Source: an uncultured Actinomycetota bacterium
Lineage (GTDB): Bacteria; Actinomycetota; Actinomycetes; Propionibacteriales; Propionibacteriaceae
Direction: 5' to 3'
NCBI GenBank assembly: GCA_963808495.1
Contig: CAWEGC010000008.1
Location: 291,577 to 355,576 of the forward strand
DNA: 64,000 nucleotides
Part shown: positions 1 to 13,208 of the stretch, in pieces
Layout of the letters: each line of letters begins with the position of its first letter
Numbering within the stretch: the first letter of the stretch is position 1
Made by a program: the position numbers and the translations under genes
The notes under the pieces: model-generated
What the model saw: the letters and a program-made list of their open reading frames with translations, nothing else
Database searches by the model: none
What the model was told of the DNA's origin: nothing

Positions 1-7
1 GCGTCAC

Positions 8-1409
8 ATGAGTCGCGTCGAATACGCCGATCCTCAAGCGCCGGCTCCGAGTTTCGGCGCACCGGACACCTGGGAGCCCCGACCGTCCTCGCCGCGGGCA
101 ACGCGTGCTGCGCTGGCGTCCACGGTCCCCTTGGCAATCTCGATCGTCGTGTTCGCCATCTTCATCACCTCCTACTGGCTGCCCGAGACGAGCCGCTTCG
201 CTGGGCGCGACTGGTTGCTCACCCAGCTTTCGCCGCTGGTCTCGAAATATCTGACCTCGGCCGGTCAGCCTCTGGTTGACATCCAAGACAACCAGCTGGG
301 CGTCGCCGGCTTTCTGTTGTTGATCTTCGGTTCGTTGATCTTCTGGATGGCGCGTTCTCGCTACTGGATGGCCCGGATGTGGATCTGGGCTCCGGTCCTT
401 GCCGGGGCCGCCGTATGCGTCGCCACCACAGCGGTGCTCGCCATCAGGAACGACCTGAGCCGCACGTCGCTGTCGGTGATCCTGATGATCATTTGGGTGG
501 CCGTCCGCGATTGCGGCAGCGTGGCTCAGCATGGTGGTCGATGTCGAGTCGCTACCGCCGAAGAGCCACGGATCCGGCCTGTTGATCCTGGCCGTGTTCA
601 GCGTGCTGGGTGTTCCGGCCACTGCTGTGGGGCGCCTGTTCTTCGCAGGTGAAGTCCGCCAGGTGGCCGCCGAGCTCCAGAACAACGCCGAGCTCCAGAC
701 CGCGGCGCTGGGCCTCCCGGAAAACGCGTTGATCTACTTCTCCGGCGTCATGGTCGGGGTGGTGGCCTGGCTGGCATACCAGGTGTATCCGGTGCGCCGT
801 GACCGACGAACGGCCGTGCTGGCCGGGGGGTTGGTCGGATCGCTGATCTTCACTCTGATTCTGGGCGTCTTCGTGACTCATCCGGCGGCAGTGAACCAAG
901 TCGATCGGTTACGGACCGAGAGCCCGAGGGATGACCTGAGGTCCTGTGTCTCGTGGATCATCGATCCGACGGCTGAGGTAAACGAGACGGTTGCCATCGA
1001 CGAAACCGACTGTCGCCGCATGATCCGCTACGCCGGCTATCTTCAGCAGGATCTGAGCTACATCCCCGAGCCGCTCTCGCCGATCAACGCAAAAACCCCG
1101 GAGGGCGTTCAAATTCAAAGCGACGTGGTCTCCGCCCGCTACGACACGATGGTGGTGGTCGCGACGAGCACCGAGGGCGACAGTCGCGCATCCGCTGTGC
1201 GCGGGCTGCAGCTCAGCGACGGTGCCCAGGTGTGGAAGTGGAGCTGCCCGGACCAGAGTGAGCTCACGCTGCGCTTCGCCGGCGTGCCCACCGGCGACGA
1301 CGCCGCAAAGGGTTACGTCACCATCGCCGGAGAACCGCGTTCGGTGGTCGTCGGCTGCCCACAGCTGATCAAGCATCTCGATCCGCGTACCGGACTGGGC
1401 ATCCCATAA
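8..1409 (+). CDS. Multi-pass membrane protein with C-terminal extracytoplasmic domain (split by one frameshift near 505)
   Basis: ORF 8..652 has several hydrophobic helices; the reading ...AIAAAWLSMVVDVE in another frame joins ORF 531..1409, which has more TM helices and then a soluble domain. Confidence 0.6.
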
Positions 1410-1432
1410 TCGGCGACCGAAGCCGCTGTCCC

Positions 1433-3803
1433 TCAGCCTCGCCGCTGCGTAACGGCACCGAGTGATCCCTCACGAAGGGTGACTGCCACCGAGCCCTGGG
1501 TGTCCGTACGGAGCAACGTCATGCCGAGTGAGCGGACCAGGGCGACGGTTCGAGGCGCTGGATGTCCGTAATCGTTGCCGACACCGGCACTGGCGATCGC
1601 TACCTTGGCGTGCGTCGCGGCCAGAAAGTCCACCTCCTGCCGGGCCGACCCGTGATGCGGAATCTTGAGAACATCGGCACGCAGGTCGGCACCGCTGGCC
1701 AGGATCGCCTGCTGTCCCGGTGGCTCAACATCACCGGTGAGCAGCAGCCGGACGCCCCGAATCTTCATCGCCACAACCAAGCTCGAGTCGTTCTCGACCG
1801 CTGACTCGCTGCCTTCGAGCTGCGGCCCGCCGCTGCTTTCGAGCTCGTGCTCCCCGACCGGCCCGAGAACCGACCACGCAGCCTCGCCGACGATGCCTTC
1901 GCTGCCGACCGCTGGCACCCGGACCGGCACTCCCCGGCGGGCGGCCTGCTGCTGAACGGCGGACGCCTCGTAGCCCGGCGACGGTAGCGGACCGGTCCAG
2001 ATCTCGCCGACCCTCCGATCTGCCAGCACCCCCGACAAGCCGTCGACATGATCGGCATGGAAATGAGTCAGGATGAGCAGCGGCACGGCGGCCACCCGAA
2101 GTTGATCAAGGCATCGTCTCATCGCAGCCGCGTCCGGCCCGGTGTCGATCACAACGGCCGCGCGCCGACCGACGCGGAGCACGAGCCCATCGCCCTGCCC
2201 GACGTCACAGGCGACCAGGACCCAATGTCGTGGCGGCCAACCGGGCTGCGCCGGCACCACCAGCAGGACGCCGATCAGCACCCATGCCAGCGCAGCAGCA
2301 AGCAAGGGGTGACGGAGCACCCGGCTCATGCCGACCCCTGCGGCAAGTGAGAAAGCACCGAGCAACGTCAGCGCCGGGAATGACGCCGGCCAATGCCACG
2401 ATGCGCCCGGCAGCCGAGCAGCCAGCGACGCGATCCAGATGATCACCTGCGCCGACCAGGCCGCCCCGAAGCCGGCGCATGCGGCCAGCGTGCCGTTCAA
2501 CACGCGAAAAGCCGGCGGCAAGGAAACCGAGCACCGTCGCCGGTGGCACCAGCGGTCCGGCGGCGGCGTTGGCCAGCACGCCGACGACGCTGACCTGGCC
2601 GGAAATGGCCGCAACAACGGGCAGAGTAGCCAGATGCGCGGCCAGCGGCACGGCCAGCGACTCAGCGAAAACTCTGGGCATCCACCGACGGAGCCGTACG
2701 GTCCATCCTGGGGCCCATCCGATGATGCCGGCACTCGCCAGCACCGACAACGTGAAGCCCACCGAACGGCTGAGGAATGGGTCGATCATGATCAAGATCA
2801 CCGTGGCGAGGCAGAGGTTGCGCACTCCGGCGCGACGTCCCCCGGAGCCCAGGGCGGCCAGGGCGACCAACCCCATCGCCGCCGCACGAAGGACGCTGGG
2901 TTCAGTCCGGCAAAGCCCCACGAAGATCACCACGCCGGCCACGCCGACGAGCCGCAGAGCCCAACCCCGCAACCCAACCCAGCGGGCCGTGATCAACAAG
3001 AAGGCCAGCAGCAGGGTCAGGTTGGCGCCGGACACGGCCGTGAGGTGAGTCAGCCCTGATGTCGCGAAGTCGGTGGTCATCTCCGGCGTCATGGCCGAGG
3101 TGTCCCCCAGGACCAGCGCCGGAACCAGAGCACGAGGTTCGGTCGCGCGGCCCTGGACTGCGTTCCGCAAGCCATGGCGAACATGGTCGACCGACCGCAG
3201 CCATGGCGAGGGAGGGGCGACGACGAGGCTAACACCGCGCACCCGAAGCACAGCGGCCAGCCCTGACCGAGGCCGAGGCGGTACAAGGCGACCGTGTACC
3301 CGCCAGTGTGTTCCGACTGGTTCGCTCGCCCAGCGTCGGGATTCGGCCCCACTCACAGTGAGCAGAATTGGCAGCCGGGTGCTCCAGTCACGGCCGCGTC
3401 CGCTCACCACGGTCAACGTGCCGGTCATGGTGAGGAACTCCGGTCGGAAACCACCGTAGGCGTGCACATTCGGGTCACCCGTGGTCACCACGTCGCCGAC
3501 GACGGTGCCTTCACTGGCCACCAGCTCACCCACCGGTCCAGCGCTGAGCCGATGAGCGAACATCGCTCCTCCGAAGATGCCCATGCCGAGCACGAGGGAG
3601 GTGGCGAAAAGCCATCCAGATCCGCGGATGGCTGCTAGGACACCGACGGCAAGGACGGCGCATACGCCCGCTGTGACGGCTGTCGCGTTGCTGGCGGTGC
3701 CGAGCCACGCACCCGCCCATGTCGCCAATGCCAACGGCACCAGCCGCAGGTCGCCGAGACCGACTTGAGGTTCCTCTGCACTCTCATCATCAGCGTCAGA
3801 CAC
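1433..3803 (-). CDS. comEC: ComEC/Rec2 competence protein with C-terminal metallo-beta-lactamase domain (frameshift near 2500)
   Basis: Competence-domain motifs GLTHLTAVSGAN, PSVLRAA, GFTLSVLA in ORF 2205..4640; MBL motifs DVGQGD, THFHADHVDG, PHHGS, YGHP in ORF 1433..2734; GTG start at 3803 just after the comEA stop. Confidence 0.9.
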
Positions 3804-3805
3804 CG

Positions 3806-4640
3806 TCAGACCCGCACGTGGGGCGCGATGTCGGCGTAGGTCTTCGGCCCGATACCCTCCACCTCCTGCAGTTCCTCCACCCGCCGGAAGCTTCCGTGCT
3901 CGGTACGCCAGGCCAAGATCCGCTCGGCCGTCACCGGGCCGATGCCCGGCAAGGAGTCCAGTTGCGTTGCCGTCGCGGTGTTCAAGTCGACCTGCTGGTG
4001 AAGAACTGGCGCTGCTGCCTGGGCCACTGCCACCATCGCTGAGCCGGCCGCCGGGATGCGCCCGCGATCCGACGACCATCTGCTGACCGTCCGTGAGGAT
4101 CTGAGCGAGGTTCAACTCACCCGGCGCCGCGGAGCTCAGCAGGCCGCCGGCGGCGTCAATCGCATCCTGCACGCGGGAGCCTTGCGGCAGCCGAACCAAC
4201 CCCGGTCGGCGCACCGCTCCCAATACATGGACCACAATGCGGGGGCGAGGGGAGGAAAGAGTTGAGGCCGCGGGCGATGCAGCGCTCGACGGATGCGTCG
4301 AAACTGACACCGGCAGGCTCTGCGGCGTAGCCAACGCCACGGGACGCGCGCGTAGCACGGCCAAGGCGGCGAACACCAGGCCGAGCAGCACCAGGCAGCA
4401 CACCACCCCGACATGCAGCCGGCTGAACCTCGGTCTGGCGGGCGGTCGGGCTTCCCCCAGGTCGGCCGCTGTCAGCGTCGGGTCATCGGCTCGCTGCGCG
4501 TGAGCCTCCGGCTCCCATCGCACCTCCGCCGACCCGCCGAACCCCGCCGCGCGGCGCGGTTGGTGTTGTCCAAGCACATGGGCCAGCCGGTCCGCGACAA
4601 CCCGTGATTCGACAGTGTCGTGACCACGACGAGATCTCAC
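3806..4640 (-). CDS. comEA: ComEA DNA-uptake protein (TM, SLBB, HhH; frameshift near 4000)
   Basis: VVHVLGAVRRPGLVRLPQGSRVQDAIDAAGG (SLBB) in one frame; VDLNTATATQLDSLPGIGPVTAERI...LQEVEGIGPKT (helix-hairpin-helix) in ORF 3806..4036. Confidence 0.9.
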
Positions 4641-4728
4641 GCGGTGAAGTTAAAGACGCGAACTCCCGAACGAACGCCTCGCAGCCGAGACTGTGGACAC
4701 CCGATCCGCTCCCGCCAACCGTGGGGAG
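4641..4728 (-). promoter_or_regulatory. Putative leaderless comEA promoter with upstream TGTGG boxes
   Basis: TAACTT (4647-4652, minus strand) lies 6 nt before the GTG at 4640; CTGTGGACAC at 4691-4700 and CCGTGGGGAG at 4719-4728. Confidence 0.4.
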
Positions 4729-5024
4729 AACTTCCCTTCAAGGGCGAGGCACGACGACGACCCCCTCCCAGGCCCGACATGACACCCACTACGCATTCAA
4801 CTCCGAGAGCACGACCTCGGCCCCGATGACCAACGGGCCAGTCAATTGGTTTATTGCAGGAAGTCTTCGGTCACGAGGTAGTCGCCCAGCCTCTCGCGAA
4901 GCCGGAAAATTCCCGCCGCCGCTATTTTGGGCTTTTCGGGACGATCTAAGTCCGGACGGCGTATCAATCTGGCCGCGGTCGACCTCTAATGAACAAGATG
5001 CAACCTGATCCGAGGGGAAACGTC

Positions 5025-5836
5025 ATGTCAGGAGAAACCATGGTTGTCGTTAACCCTGCCGACAGGGACGTGGCGCCCAACCGGGTCATCGGCCGGGCTG
5101 TCGAGGGCGCCCAAACAGAAGACAGCATCCGGCTCGAGCGCCCAAACGTCTACAAGTCCTTCCTTCTACCCGGCTGCTAGTGGGGATCGTCGGGGTCATG
5201 CTCCCTACATTCATTCTGGCGTGGGATTTGATCAGCGACGCCGCGAAGCAACGTCCGCTGGCGCTGCGAGGCTCGTTGAGCGCGTACTACTACCACACGA
5301 GCCCGCTGAGCGACTGGTTCGTAGGCAGCCTCTGGGCCATCGGCGTTGGACTCATGGTTTACATGGGGACCCGCAGGAGCAGCGTCGCCAACACGATCAG
5401 CTGGATCGCCGGCATCGCCGCTATCGTCGTCTCGCTCTTCCCGACGAACGACGGTGAGACGCCACCAACAGTGATCTCCGCGATGCACTTCGGAGCGGCA
5501 GCTGTCGTTATTGTTGGCCTGGGTCTGCTCTGCGTGGGTTTCGGAATCTACGATAACGAGCGAACTGATAGAAATGCCGCCAGGAAAAGGTGGCGCTGGA
5601 TCCACTACCTGGCCGCTTATTTGATTTTCGCCTCGGTCTTCTTCGTCATTGTGAATAGCTGGTTCTTCGAGATTTGGCCCAGCCACGGCTTGCTAGCGGC
5701 CGAAGTATGCGCCGTCTACGCTTTCGCCCTCTCCTGGTTTGTTAAGGGCTGGGAGCTGGTTGAGTACAGCCGAAAGAACCGCGACAGCTGGCCGACTCCG
5801 GTGAGTGAGCCTGACTCCTTGCAAGCTGTGCGGTGA
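5025..5836 (+). CDS. Integral membrane protein, DUF998-like (frameshift near 5170)
   Basis: ...YKSFL joins RLLVGIVGVMLP... after removing one base; SLSAYYYH motif, MHFGAA and about 6 TM helices. Confidence 0.55.
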
Positions 5837-6113
5837 GAGCCGCTGTCAGAAAAACTCGAATGACACTTGAGCTCGACTTCCCGCAAGTCAGGGGTGAATG
5901 GGAAGCCCAGAATGACTGACAGGCAGGCAAGACCGCCCTGGCTGCGCACTGGCCCATCGGCTGCGGGCTAGTTACCACGACTTCCAGTGGTTTGTGTCCC
6001 TCGAAAAGACACCCCCGCCTGGAGGCGCCCAGACCCTCGCCCTTCGGCGACCGACTTGACCCTTGCCTGCCTGAACCGGCTCTTCCGGAACGCACATCGC
6101 CGATCATGGAAGC

Positions 6114-7670
6114 ATGGATACGCTCACCGATGCCGTCACGGTCGGCGCGGGACCGCTCTCCTTCGCTGACGTCGTGCGCGTGGCCCGTGAGGCCGCGCCG
6201 GTCGAGATCGCTCCGGAGTCGTGGGCCGAGGTGCGACGCAGCCGCGCGGTGATCGAGGCGCTGGCCAACGACGACGCGCCGCACTACGGGGTGTCGACGG
6301 GCTTCGGGGCCCTGGCCACACGCCACATTCCTGTCGAGTTGCGCACCCAGCTGCAGCGCAGTCTGATCCGCTCACACGCGGCGGGGTCGGGACCCGAGGT
6401 GGAGCCGGAGGTCGTTCGGGCCCTCATGCTGCTGCGAATCTCCACCTTGGCCACCGGACGTACGGGTGTACGGGCGGAGACGCTCGCCGCGTACGTGGAC
6501 CTGCTCAACGCCAAGATCACCCCCGTCGTCCCCGAGTACGGCAGCCTCGGGCTGCTCCGGTGACCTGGCTCCGCTGGCGCACTGCGCCCTAGCCCTGATG
6601 GGCGAAGGCGTCGTCCGAACTTCGGTCGGCGAACGGCAGCCTGCGGCCGAGGCGCTGGCGGCGGCCGGTCTCGAGCCGATCATTCCGGCCGAGAAGGAGG
6701 GTCTGGCGCTGATCAACGGCACGGACGGCATGCTCGGCATGCTTGTGCTGGCGATCACCGACCTGCGCGAGCTGGTCAAGGTGGCCGACATCACAGCGGC
6801 GATGAGCGTCGAGGGCCTCCTCGGCACCGACGACGTGTTTGCTGCCGACCTGCACACCCTGCGGCCCCACCCGGGGCAAGTCGCCTCCGCCGCCAACCTC
6901 CGAGCCCTGATGGCCCGAAGCGAGATTCGCGAGAGCCATCGCACCAAGGCCTGCACCCGGGTTCAGGACGCGTACTCCCTGCGCTGCTCGCCGCAGGTGG
7001 CGGGCGCGCGTCCGTGACACCATCGCGCATGCGGCCGCTGTCGCCGAGATCGAGCTCGGGGCGGCGATCGACAACCCGGTGATCACCACGGACGGGCGCG
7101 TGGAGTCGAACGGCAACTTCCACGGTGCGCCGCTCGCCTACCAACTCGACTTCCTGGCCATCGCCGTGGCCGACCTGGCGAGCATCGCCGAGCGGCGGAC
7201 CGACCGTTTCCTCGACCGCGCGCGCAACTCCGGGCTGCCGCCGTTCCTGGCTCGACGACGCCGGCGTCGACTCCGGGCACATGATCGCCCACTACACCTC
7301 AGCGGCCATCGTGTCGGAGCTGAAGCGGCTGGCGGTGCCGGCTTCGGTCGATTCCATCCCCAGCTCGGCGATGCAGGAGGACCACGTGTCGATGGGCTGG
7401 TCCGCGGGACGTAAACTCCGGCGGGCCGTGGACGGGCTGACCCGGGTGCTCGCCGTCGAGTTGCTGACCGCCGCCCGCGGCATCGAGCTTCGCGCTCCGC
7501 TCACTCCCGCGCCCTCTACCGGAGCGGTGATCGCCGCACTCCGCGCCGCCGGGGTGCCCGGACCAGGAACGGATCGCTGGCTGGCACCCGAGATCGAGAT
7601 CGCCGTCGAGTTGATCACCAGTGGCGCGGCCGTCGCGGCCGCGGAGTCCGTGGTCGGCCCCCTGGCCTGA
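6114..7670 (+). CDS. hutH: Histidine ammonia-lyase (3 frameshifts, near 6550, 7010 and 7250)
   Basis: [20 protein letters not shown] (MIO-forming tripeptide as C-S-G), [32 protein letters not shown] across consecutive fragments. Confidence 0.93.
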
Positions 7671-7701
7671 GAATCCCAACCCAAGAAAGGTGATGATCAG
7701 C

Positions 7702-9378
7702 ATGGAGGGCGCACGACCCGTACGGGCGCCGCGGGGCGCCGCGCTGACGGCCAAGAGCTGGGCCACCGAAGCTCCGCTGCGGATGCTGATGAACAACCTG
7801 GACCCCGAGGTTGCCGAACGACCGGACGACCTGGTGGTCTACGGCGGCACCGGCCGGGCGGCCCGGGACTGGGGCGCTTTCGACGCCATGGTCCGTACCC
7901 TCACCACGCTCGAGGCGGACGAGACGATGCTGGTGCAGTCTGGCCGGCCGGTCGGCGTGATGCGTACTCACGAGTGGGCGCCCCGGGTGATCTTGGCCAA
8001 CTCCAATCTGGTGCCGGACTGGGCGAACTGGCCGGAGTTCCGACGGCTCGAGAAGCTCGGCCTCACCATGTACGGGCAGATGACGGCGGGATCGTGGATC
8101 TACATCGGGACCCAGGGGATCGTGCAGGGAACGTACGAGACGTTCGCGACCGTCGCGGAGAAGCGGTTCGGCGGCACGCTGGCCGGGACGCTCACCTTGA
8201 CCGGCGGCTGCGGCGGCATGGGCGGCGCCCAGCCGCTCGCGGTCACCCTCAACGACGGCGTCTGCCTGATCATCGACGTCGACCGCGGCCGGCTGGAGCG
8301 CCGGGTGGGGCACCGCTATCTGGACGAGATCGCCGTTGACCTGGACAGTGCCGTGGCGACGGCGTTGCAGGCCAAGACCGATCGCCGGGCCTGGTCGATC
8401 GGAGTGGTGGGCAACTGCGCCGAGTTGGTCCCCGAGCTGCTCCGCCGGGGCGTGCCCATCGACATCGTCACCGACCAGACCAGCGCGCACGACCCGCTGT
8501 CCTACCTGCCCGAGGGCGTCGCAGTCGAGGACTGGGCGGACTACGCCGAGCGCAAGCCTGAGGAGTTCACCGATCGTGCCCGGGCCTCCATTGCCCGGCA
8601 CGTGCAGGCCATGGTCGAGCTCGCCGACGGCGGGGCCGAGGTCTTCGACTACGGCAATTCCATCCGGGACGAGGCGCGCAAGGGCGGGTATGAGCGCGCC
8701 TTTGAGTTCCCGGGCTTCGTGCCGGCCTACATCCGGCCCTTGTTCTGCGAGGGGAAGGGCCCGTTCCGCTGGGTGGCTCTATCCGGTGATCCGGCAGATA
8801 TCGAGGTGACGGACCGAGCGGTGATGAAGCTGTTTCCCGACCACGACCGGTTGCAGAAATGGTTGCGCGGCGCGCGGGAGAGGATCACCTTCCAGGGCCT
8901 GCCCGCGCGGATCTGCTGGCTGGGCTACGGCGAACGCGACCGGGCTGGCCTGGCCTTCAACGACCTGGTGGCAAGAGGGCAGATTCGCGCGCCGATCGTC
9001 ATCGGTCGTGATCATCTGGATTGTGGGTCAGTCGCAAGCCCGTACCGGGAGACGGAGGCGATGGCCGACGGCTCCGATGCCATCGCCGACTGGCCGCTGC
9101 TCAACGCCATGATCAACACAGCGTCCGGAGCTGACTGGGTCTCGATCCACCACGGTGGCGGCGTGGGCATCGGGCGGTCGATCCACGCCGGTCAGGTGTC
9201 GCTGGCCGACGGCACGGAGCTCGCGGCGCAGAAGCTCGCCCGGGTGCTCACCAACGACCCCGGGATGGGGGTGATCCGGCATGTCGACGCCGGGTATGAA
9301 TTGGCGGATCAGGTTGCGGCGGAGCGGGGCCTACGGATACCGATCAAGGAGATCGACGCGGTGACCGGGTCGACATGA
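7702..9378 (+). CDS. hutU: Urocanate hydratase
   Basis: [66 protein letters not shown]. Confidence 0.97.
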   Translation: MEGARPVRAPRGAALTAKSWATEAPLRMLMNNLDPEVAERPDDLVVYGGTGRAARDWGAFDAMVRTLTTLEADETMLVQSGRPVGVMRTHEWAPRVILANSNLVPDWANWPEFRRLEKLGLTMYGQMTAGSWIYIGTQGIVQGTYETFATVAEKRFGGTLAGTLTLTGGCGGMGGAQPLAVTLNDGVCLIIDVDRGRLERRVGHRYLDEIAVDLDSAVATALQAKTDRRAWSIGVVGNCAELVPELLRRGVPIDIVTDQTSAHDPLSYLPEGVAVEDWADYAERKPEEFTDRARASIARHVQAMVELADGGAEVFDYGNSIRDEARKGGYERAFEFPGFVPAYIRPLFCEGKGPFRWVALSGDPADIEVTDRAVMKLFPDHDRLQKWLRGARERITFQGLPARICWLGYGERDRAGLAFNDLVARGQIRAPIVIGRDHLDCGSVASPYRETEAMADGSDAIADWPLLNAMINTASGADWVSIHHGGGVGIGRSIHAGQVSLADGTELAAQKLARVLTNDPGMGVIRHVDAGYELADQVAAERGLRIPIKEIDAVTGST

Positions 9379-10574
9379 CGGAGAGCTTCGACGAACTCTG
9401 GTCGGCGATCGTGGAGGTCGGCTGCTCGGGCACGCCGGGCGGCTACCACCGGTACGCCCTGACGAAGGAAGATCATCTACTCCGGGAGTGGTTTGCCGGG
9501 GAGGCCGGGGCGCGTGGCCTCACGCTGACCGAGGACCGGATGGGCAACCAGTGGGCCTGGTGGGGTGACCCCGATGAGCGGCCCGGCGTGGTCACCGGCT
9601 CTCATTTGGACAGCGTGCCGGACGGTGGCGCCTTCGACGGACCGCTCGGCGTGATCAGCGCGTTGGCCGCACTCGACCGGCTGCGGGAACAGGGGTTTCA
9701 GCCTGATCGGCCGATCGGCGTGGTCCACTTCGGCGACGAGGAAGGTGCACGCTTCGGCGTCGCGTGTGCCGGATCGCGGGTGATCACGGGGGCGTTAACG
9801 GCCAACCGGGCCCTTGCCCTCGTCGACCGGGACGGCATCACCATGGCAGAGGCGTTGAGGTCAGCCGGCCGGCCCTTGGAAGAAGTCGGCAAGGATGACG
9901 AGGCGCTGCGCCGAGCGCACAGTTTCGTCGAGCTTCATATCGAACAGGGCCGCGGGCTGGCGGACCTCGGCCAGCCGGTGGGCATCGGCACCCACATCTG
10001 GCCGCACGGGCGATGGCGTCTGGACTTCCCAGGCGAGGCGAATCATGCCGGCACGACTGCCATGGCCGACCGCCGGGACGCGATGATCCCGCTGGCCGAA
10101 GCTGTGCTCGCCGCCCGCGGGGCAGCGCGGGCCGAAGGCTGTTTGGCGACGGTCGGCCGGATCGACGTGCGACCGGGTGGCGTCAACACCGTCCCGGGTG
10201 CCACGACCGCCTGGCTCGACGCCCGCGGCGCCGACGAAGAAGCGGTACAACGGACCGTGGCCGCCGCGATCGCGGTGGCGGACACTGCCGACGGCACCGT
10301 CAGAGAAGAGTCCTGGACTCCGGTCACTCGCTTCGATGGCGAATTGATCAAGCGCCTGCAGAATGTGCTGCCCAACGCGCCACAGCTCGGCACCGGTGCA
10401 GGTCATGACGCCGGAATCCTGGCTAACGCGGAAATCCCGGCCGCGATGATCTTCGTCCGCAATCCGTCCGGGATATCCCACTCGCCCGCGGAGTTCGCCG
10501 AGCGCGACGACTGCCTTGCCGGCGTTGAGGCCCTGGCCGATGTCCTGTGGGCGCTGGCCGGAGACGCCGGATGA
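9375..10574 (+). CDS. M20 family Zn amidohydrolase (allantoate amidohydrolase-like), probably acting on N-formylglutamate
   Basis: [49 protein letters not shown]; start overlaps the hutU stop. Confidence 0.85.
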   Translation: MTESFDELWSAIVEVGCSGTPGGYHRYALTKEDHLLREWFAGEAGARGLTLTEDRMGNQWAWWGDPDERPGVVTGSHLDSVPDGGAFDGPLGVISALAALDRLREQGFQPDRPIGVVHFGDEEGARFGVACAGSRVITGALTANRALALVDRDGITMAEALRSAGRPLEEVGKDDEALRRAHSFVELHIEQGRGLADLGQPVGIGTHIWPHGRWRLDFPGEANHAGTTAMADRRDAMIPLAEAVLAARGAARAEGCLATVGRIDVRPGGVNTVPGATTAWLDARGADEEAVQRTVAAAIAVADTADGTVREESWTPVTRFDGELIKRLQNVLPNAPQLGTGAGHDAGILANAEIPAAMIFVRNPSGISHSPAEFAERDDCLAGVEALADVLWALAGDAG

Positions 10575-11893
10575 GCACGTACTGGGCGGAGCATGTCCAG
10601 CTGCCGAGCGGGCTCGCTTCCCGAGTTCGCTTCGAGGTGACTGACGGGCGCTTCGGCGCGGTCGAAGCCGGCGTCGACCCCGAGTCCGGCGACGAACGGT
10701 TCGACGGCGTGGTGCTGCCGGGCTTCGCCAACGCCCACAGTCACGCCTTCCACCGGGCGCTGCGCGGGCGTACTCAGGCGGATCGGGGGTCGTTCTGGAC
10801 CTGGCGGCAACAGATGTATGCAGTCGCAGACCGGCTCAACCCCGACTTGTATCTGGCGCTCGCCCGTGCGGTCTTCGCCGAGATGGCGCTGGCCGGGATG
10901 ACCGTGGTCGGTGAGTTTCACTACCTCCACCATGACCGGAGTGGTCGGCGCTATGCCGATCCGAACGCGATGGGCATCGCGCTCATTCAGGCCGCGCAGG
11001 AAGCCGGAATCCGAATCACCCTGCTGGACGCCTGTTACCTCAGTGGCGGCCTGGACGGCAACGGGCACCGCCCCCTCGATCCGGCGCAGCAACGGTTCAG
11101 CGACAGCAGCGTGGCGGCGTGGGCCGAGCGCGTGGCCGTACTGCCCGAGAGCCCAACGGCCCGAATCGGGTCGGCACTGCACTCAGTTCGGGCCGTACCG
11201 GAAGCAGCACTGGCCGAGGTTGCTGATCTTGCGGCGCCTCGGCCAATGCAGGTCCACCTCAGCGAGCAGCCGGCCGAGAACCACGCCGTACAGGCGTTCT
11301 ACGGCTGTACGCCGACCCAATTGCTCGCTCGATACGGGCTGCTTGGCCCGGAGACGACCGTGGTCCACGCGACCCACGTGACCGGCTCGGACATCACGCT
11401 GCTCGGCGACGTCCGAACCATCGTCTGCCTCTGCCCCACCACGGAGAGCGACTTGGCCGACGGCATCGGCCCGGCTCGCGCGCTCGCTGACGGTGGAAGC
11501 CCGATCTGCTTGGGCTCCGATCAGCACACGGTGATCGACATGTTCGAAGAGATCCGCGGGCTCGAGGCTCACGAGCGGCTGCAGAGCCAGGAACGTGTCC
11601 GGTTCACCTCCGCTGAACTAGTCACTGCTGCGAGCTCCGCGGGGTACGGGAGCCTCGGCTGGAACGGCGGCCGGATCGGCGAGGGCGCCTTGGCCGACTT
11701 CGTCGTCGTGTCCACCGACTCCGTGCGTACCGTCGGCAGCCGCCCCGACCAGCTGGTGTACGCCGCCACCGCCAGCGACGTCTGCCGGGTCGTGGTCAAT
11801 GGCGAGACCCTGGTCGAGGACGGCGAGCATCGACTGGGTCCGGTCGCACCCTTGCTGACGAAAGCCCTTGCCCATTTGGATGATCAGCCGTGA
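10571..11893 (+). CDS. hutF: Formimidoylglutamate deiminase
   Basis: [44 protein letters not shown]. Confidence 0.9.
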   Translation: MSTYWAEHVQLPSGLASRVRFEVTDGRFGAVEAGVDPESGDERFDGVVLPGFANAHSHAFHRALRGRTQADRGSFWTWRQQMYAVADRLNPDLYLALARAVFAEMALAGMTVVGEFHYLHHDRSGRRYADPNAMGIALIQAAQEAGIRITLLDACYLSGGLDGNGHRPLDPAQQRFSDSSVAAWAERVAVLPESPTARIGSALHSVRAVPEAALAEVADLAAPRPMQVHLSEQPAENHAVQAFYGCTPTQLLARYGLLGPETTVVHATHVTGSDITLLGDVRTIVCLCPTTESDLADGIGPARALADGGSPICLGSDQHTVIDMFEEIRGLEAHERLQSQERVRFTSAELVTAASSAGYGSLGWNGGRIGEGALADFVVVSTDSVRTVGSRPDQLVYAATASDVCRVVVNGETLVEDGEHRLGPVAPLLTKALAHLDDQP

Positions 11894-13056
11894 CCAGCAT
11901 CGTCATTACCGGCATCGGCGAACTGGTCACCTGCGACGGCACGGGTGCCGACGGCCTCGGTATTCAGACCGGCGCTGCGGTGGTTGTGAACGAGGACCGG
12001 ATCGCCTGGATCGGACCGGCACGCTCTGCCCCGGCCGCCGATCGGCAGGTCGATCTCGACGGGCGGACCTTGATCCCCGGCTTCGTGGACTCCCACTCGC
12101 ACTTAGTCTTTGCCGGCGACCGGGGGGCCGAGTTCGTCGCTCGGATGGCTGGCGAGCCGTACGACGGTGGCGGCATCGCCAGCACGGTCGACGCGACCCG
12201 CTCGGCCTCCGCCGACGAGCTGGCCGCGCTGGTGGCTGGCCGGGTCGCCGAGATGCGCGCCCAGGGAACCACCACCGTGGAGATCAAGAGCGGCTATGGC
12301 CTCAGCGTCTCTGAGGAGGTCCGCAGCCTTACCGTCGCGAGGCAGTTCACCACCGAGACCACCTTCCTCGGTGCTCACGTCGTGCCGCCCGAGTGGCAGG
12401 GTGACCGGGCCGGCTACCTCGACCTGATCACCGGGCCGATGCTCGCCGCCGCGGCGCCCCTGGCGCGTTGGATCGACGTCTTCTGCGAACCGGGATCGCC
12501 CCACGCGTTCGGCGTCGACGAAGCTCGTGCGGTGCTGCTCGCCGGAAGGGCCGCCGGGCTGGGTCTTCGGCTGCACGGGAACCAACTCGGCCCCGGACCA
12601 GGCGTTCAGCTCGCCGTTGAGCTGGGCGCGGCCAGTGTTGATCACTGCACGTATCTCAGAGACGCCGATGTCGACGCCCTGGCCGACGCCGCAGGGACCA
12701 CCGTCGCCACGTTGCTGCCCGGCGTCGAGTTCTGCACCCAATCCACCTACCCCGACGCAGCCCGGCTCTTGCGGGCCGGCGTCTCGGTTGCGCTGGCCAC
12801 CGACTGCAATCCGGGAACCTGCTACTCGTCCTCGATGTCGTTCATGATCGCCCTGGCCGTACGCGAGATGGGCCTGACCCCGGCCCAGGCCTTGTACGCC
12901 GCAACGGCCGGCTCCGCGCGATCACTGCGGCGCACCGACATCGGCCAAATCGTGGTCGGCGCCCGAGCCGACTTCGCCGTCATCGACGCACCTTCCTACA
13001 TCCACCTGGCCTACCGCCCCGGTGTCCCCACCGCCGGCGCGCTTTTGTTCGACTGA
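11890..13056 (+). CDS. hutI: Imidazolonepropionase
   Basis: [42 protein letters not shown]. Confidence 0.93.
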   Translation: MTSIVITGIGELVTCDGTGADGLGIQTGAAVVVNEDRIAWIGPARSAPAADRQVDLDGRTLIPGFVDSHSHLVFAGDRGAEFVARMAGEPYDGGGIASTVDATRSASADELAALVAGRVAEMRAQGTTTVEIKSGYGLSVSEEVRSLTVARQFTTETTFLGAHVVPPEWQGDRAGYLDLITGPMLAAAAPLARWIDVFCEPGSPHAFGVDEARAVLLAGRAAGLGLRLHGNQLGPGPGVQLAVELGAASVDHCTYLRDADVDALADAAGTTVATLLPGVEFCTQSTYPDAARLLRAGVSVALATDCNPGTCYSSSMSFMIALAVREMGLTPAQALYAATAGSARSLRRTDIGQIVVGARADFAVIDAPSYIHLAYRPGVPTAGALLFD

Positions 13057-13208
13057 GCGAGGCGGCCACCGGGGTCGAAGGCCAACAGCCGAGTGTCCGT
13101 CGTTGTGGATGTCCGGGTTGCGAGTCAGCCAATGACACCGAACAGCCCTCGGCCATGCACGACCTTCATCCGCAACTCCCGACCTGGGTGGCCGTCACCA
13201 AAACCTCC

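Noticed and set aside
2205-4640. Apparent 811-aa ComEA-ComEC fusion
   Set aside because: Produced by an indel near 4000; the ComEA HhH domain and its stop are in another frame (3806..4036) and comEC has its own GTG at 3803.
6114-7670. hutH as a pseudogene or programmed frameshift
   Set aside because: All catalytic motifs are retained, the rest of the operon is intact, and the indels match the window-wide error pattern.
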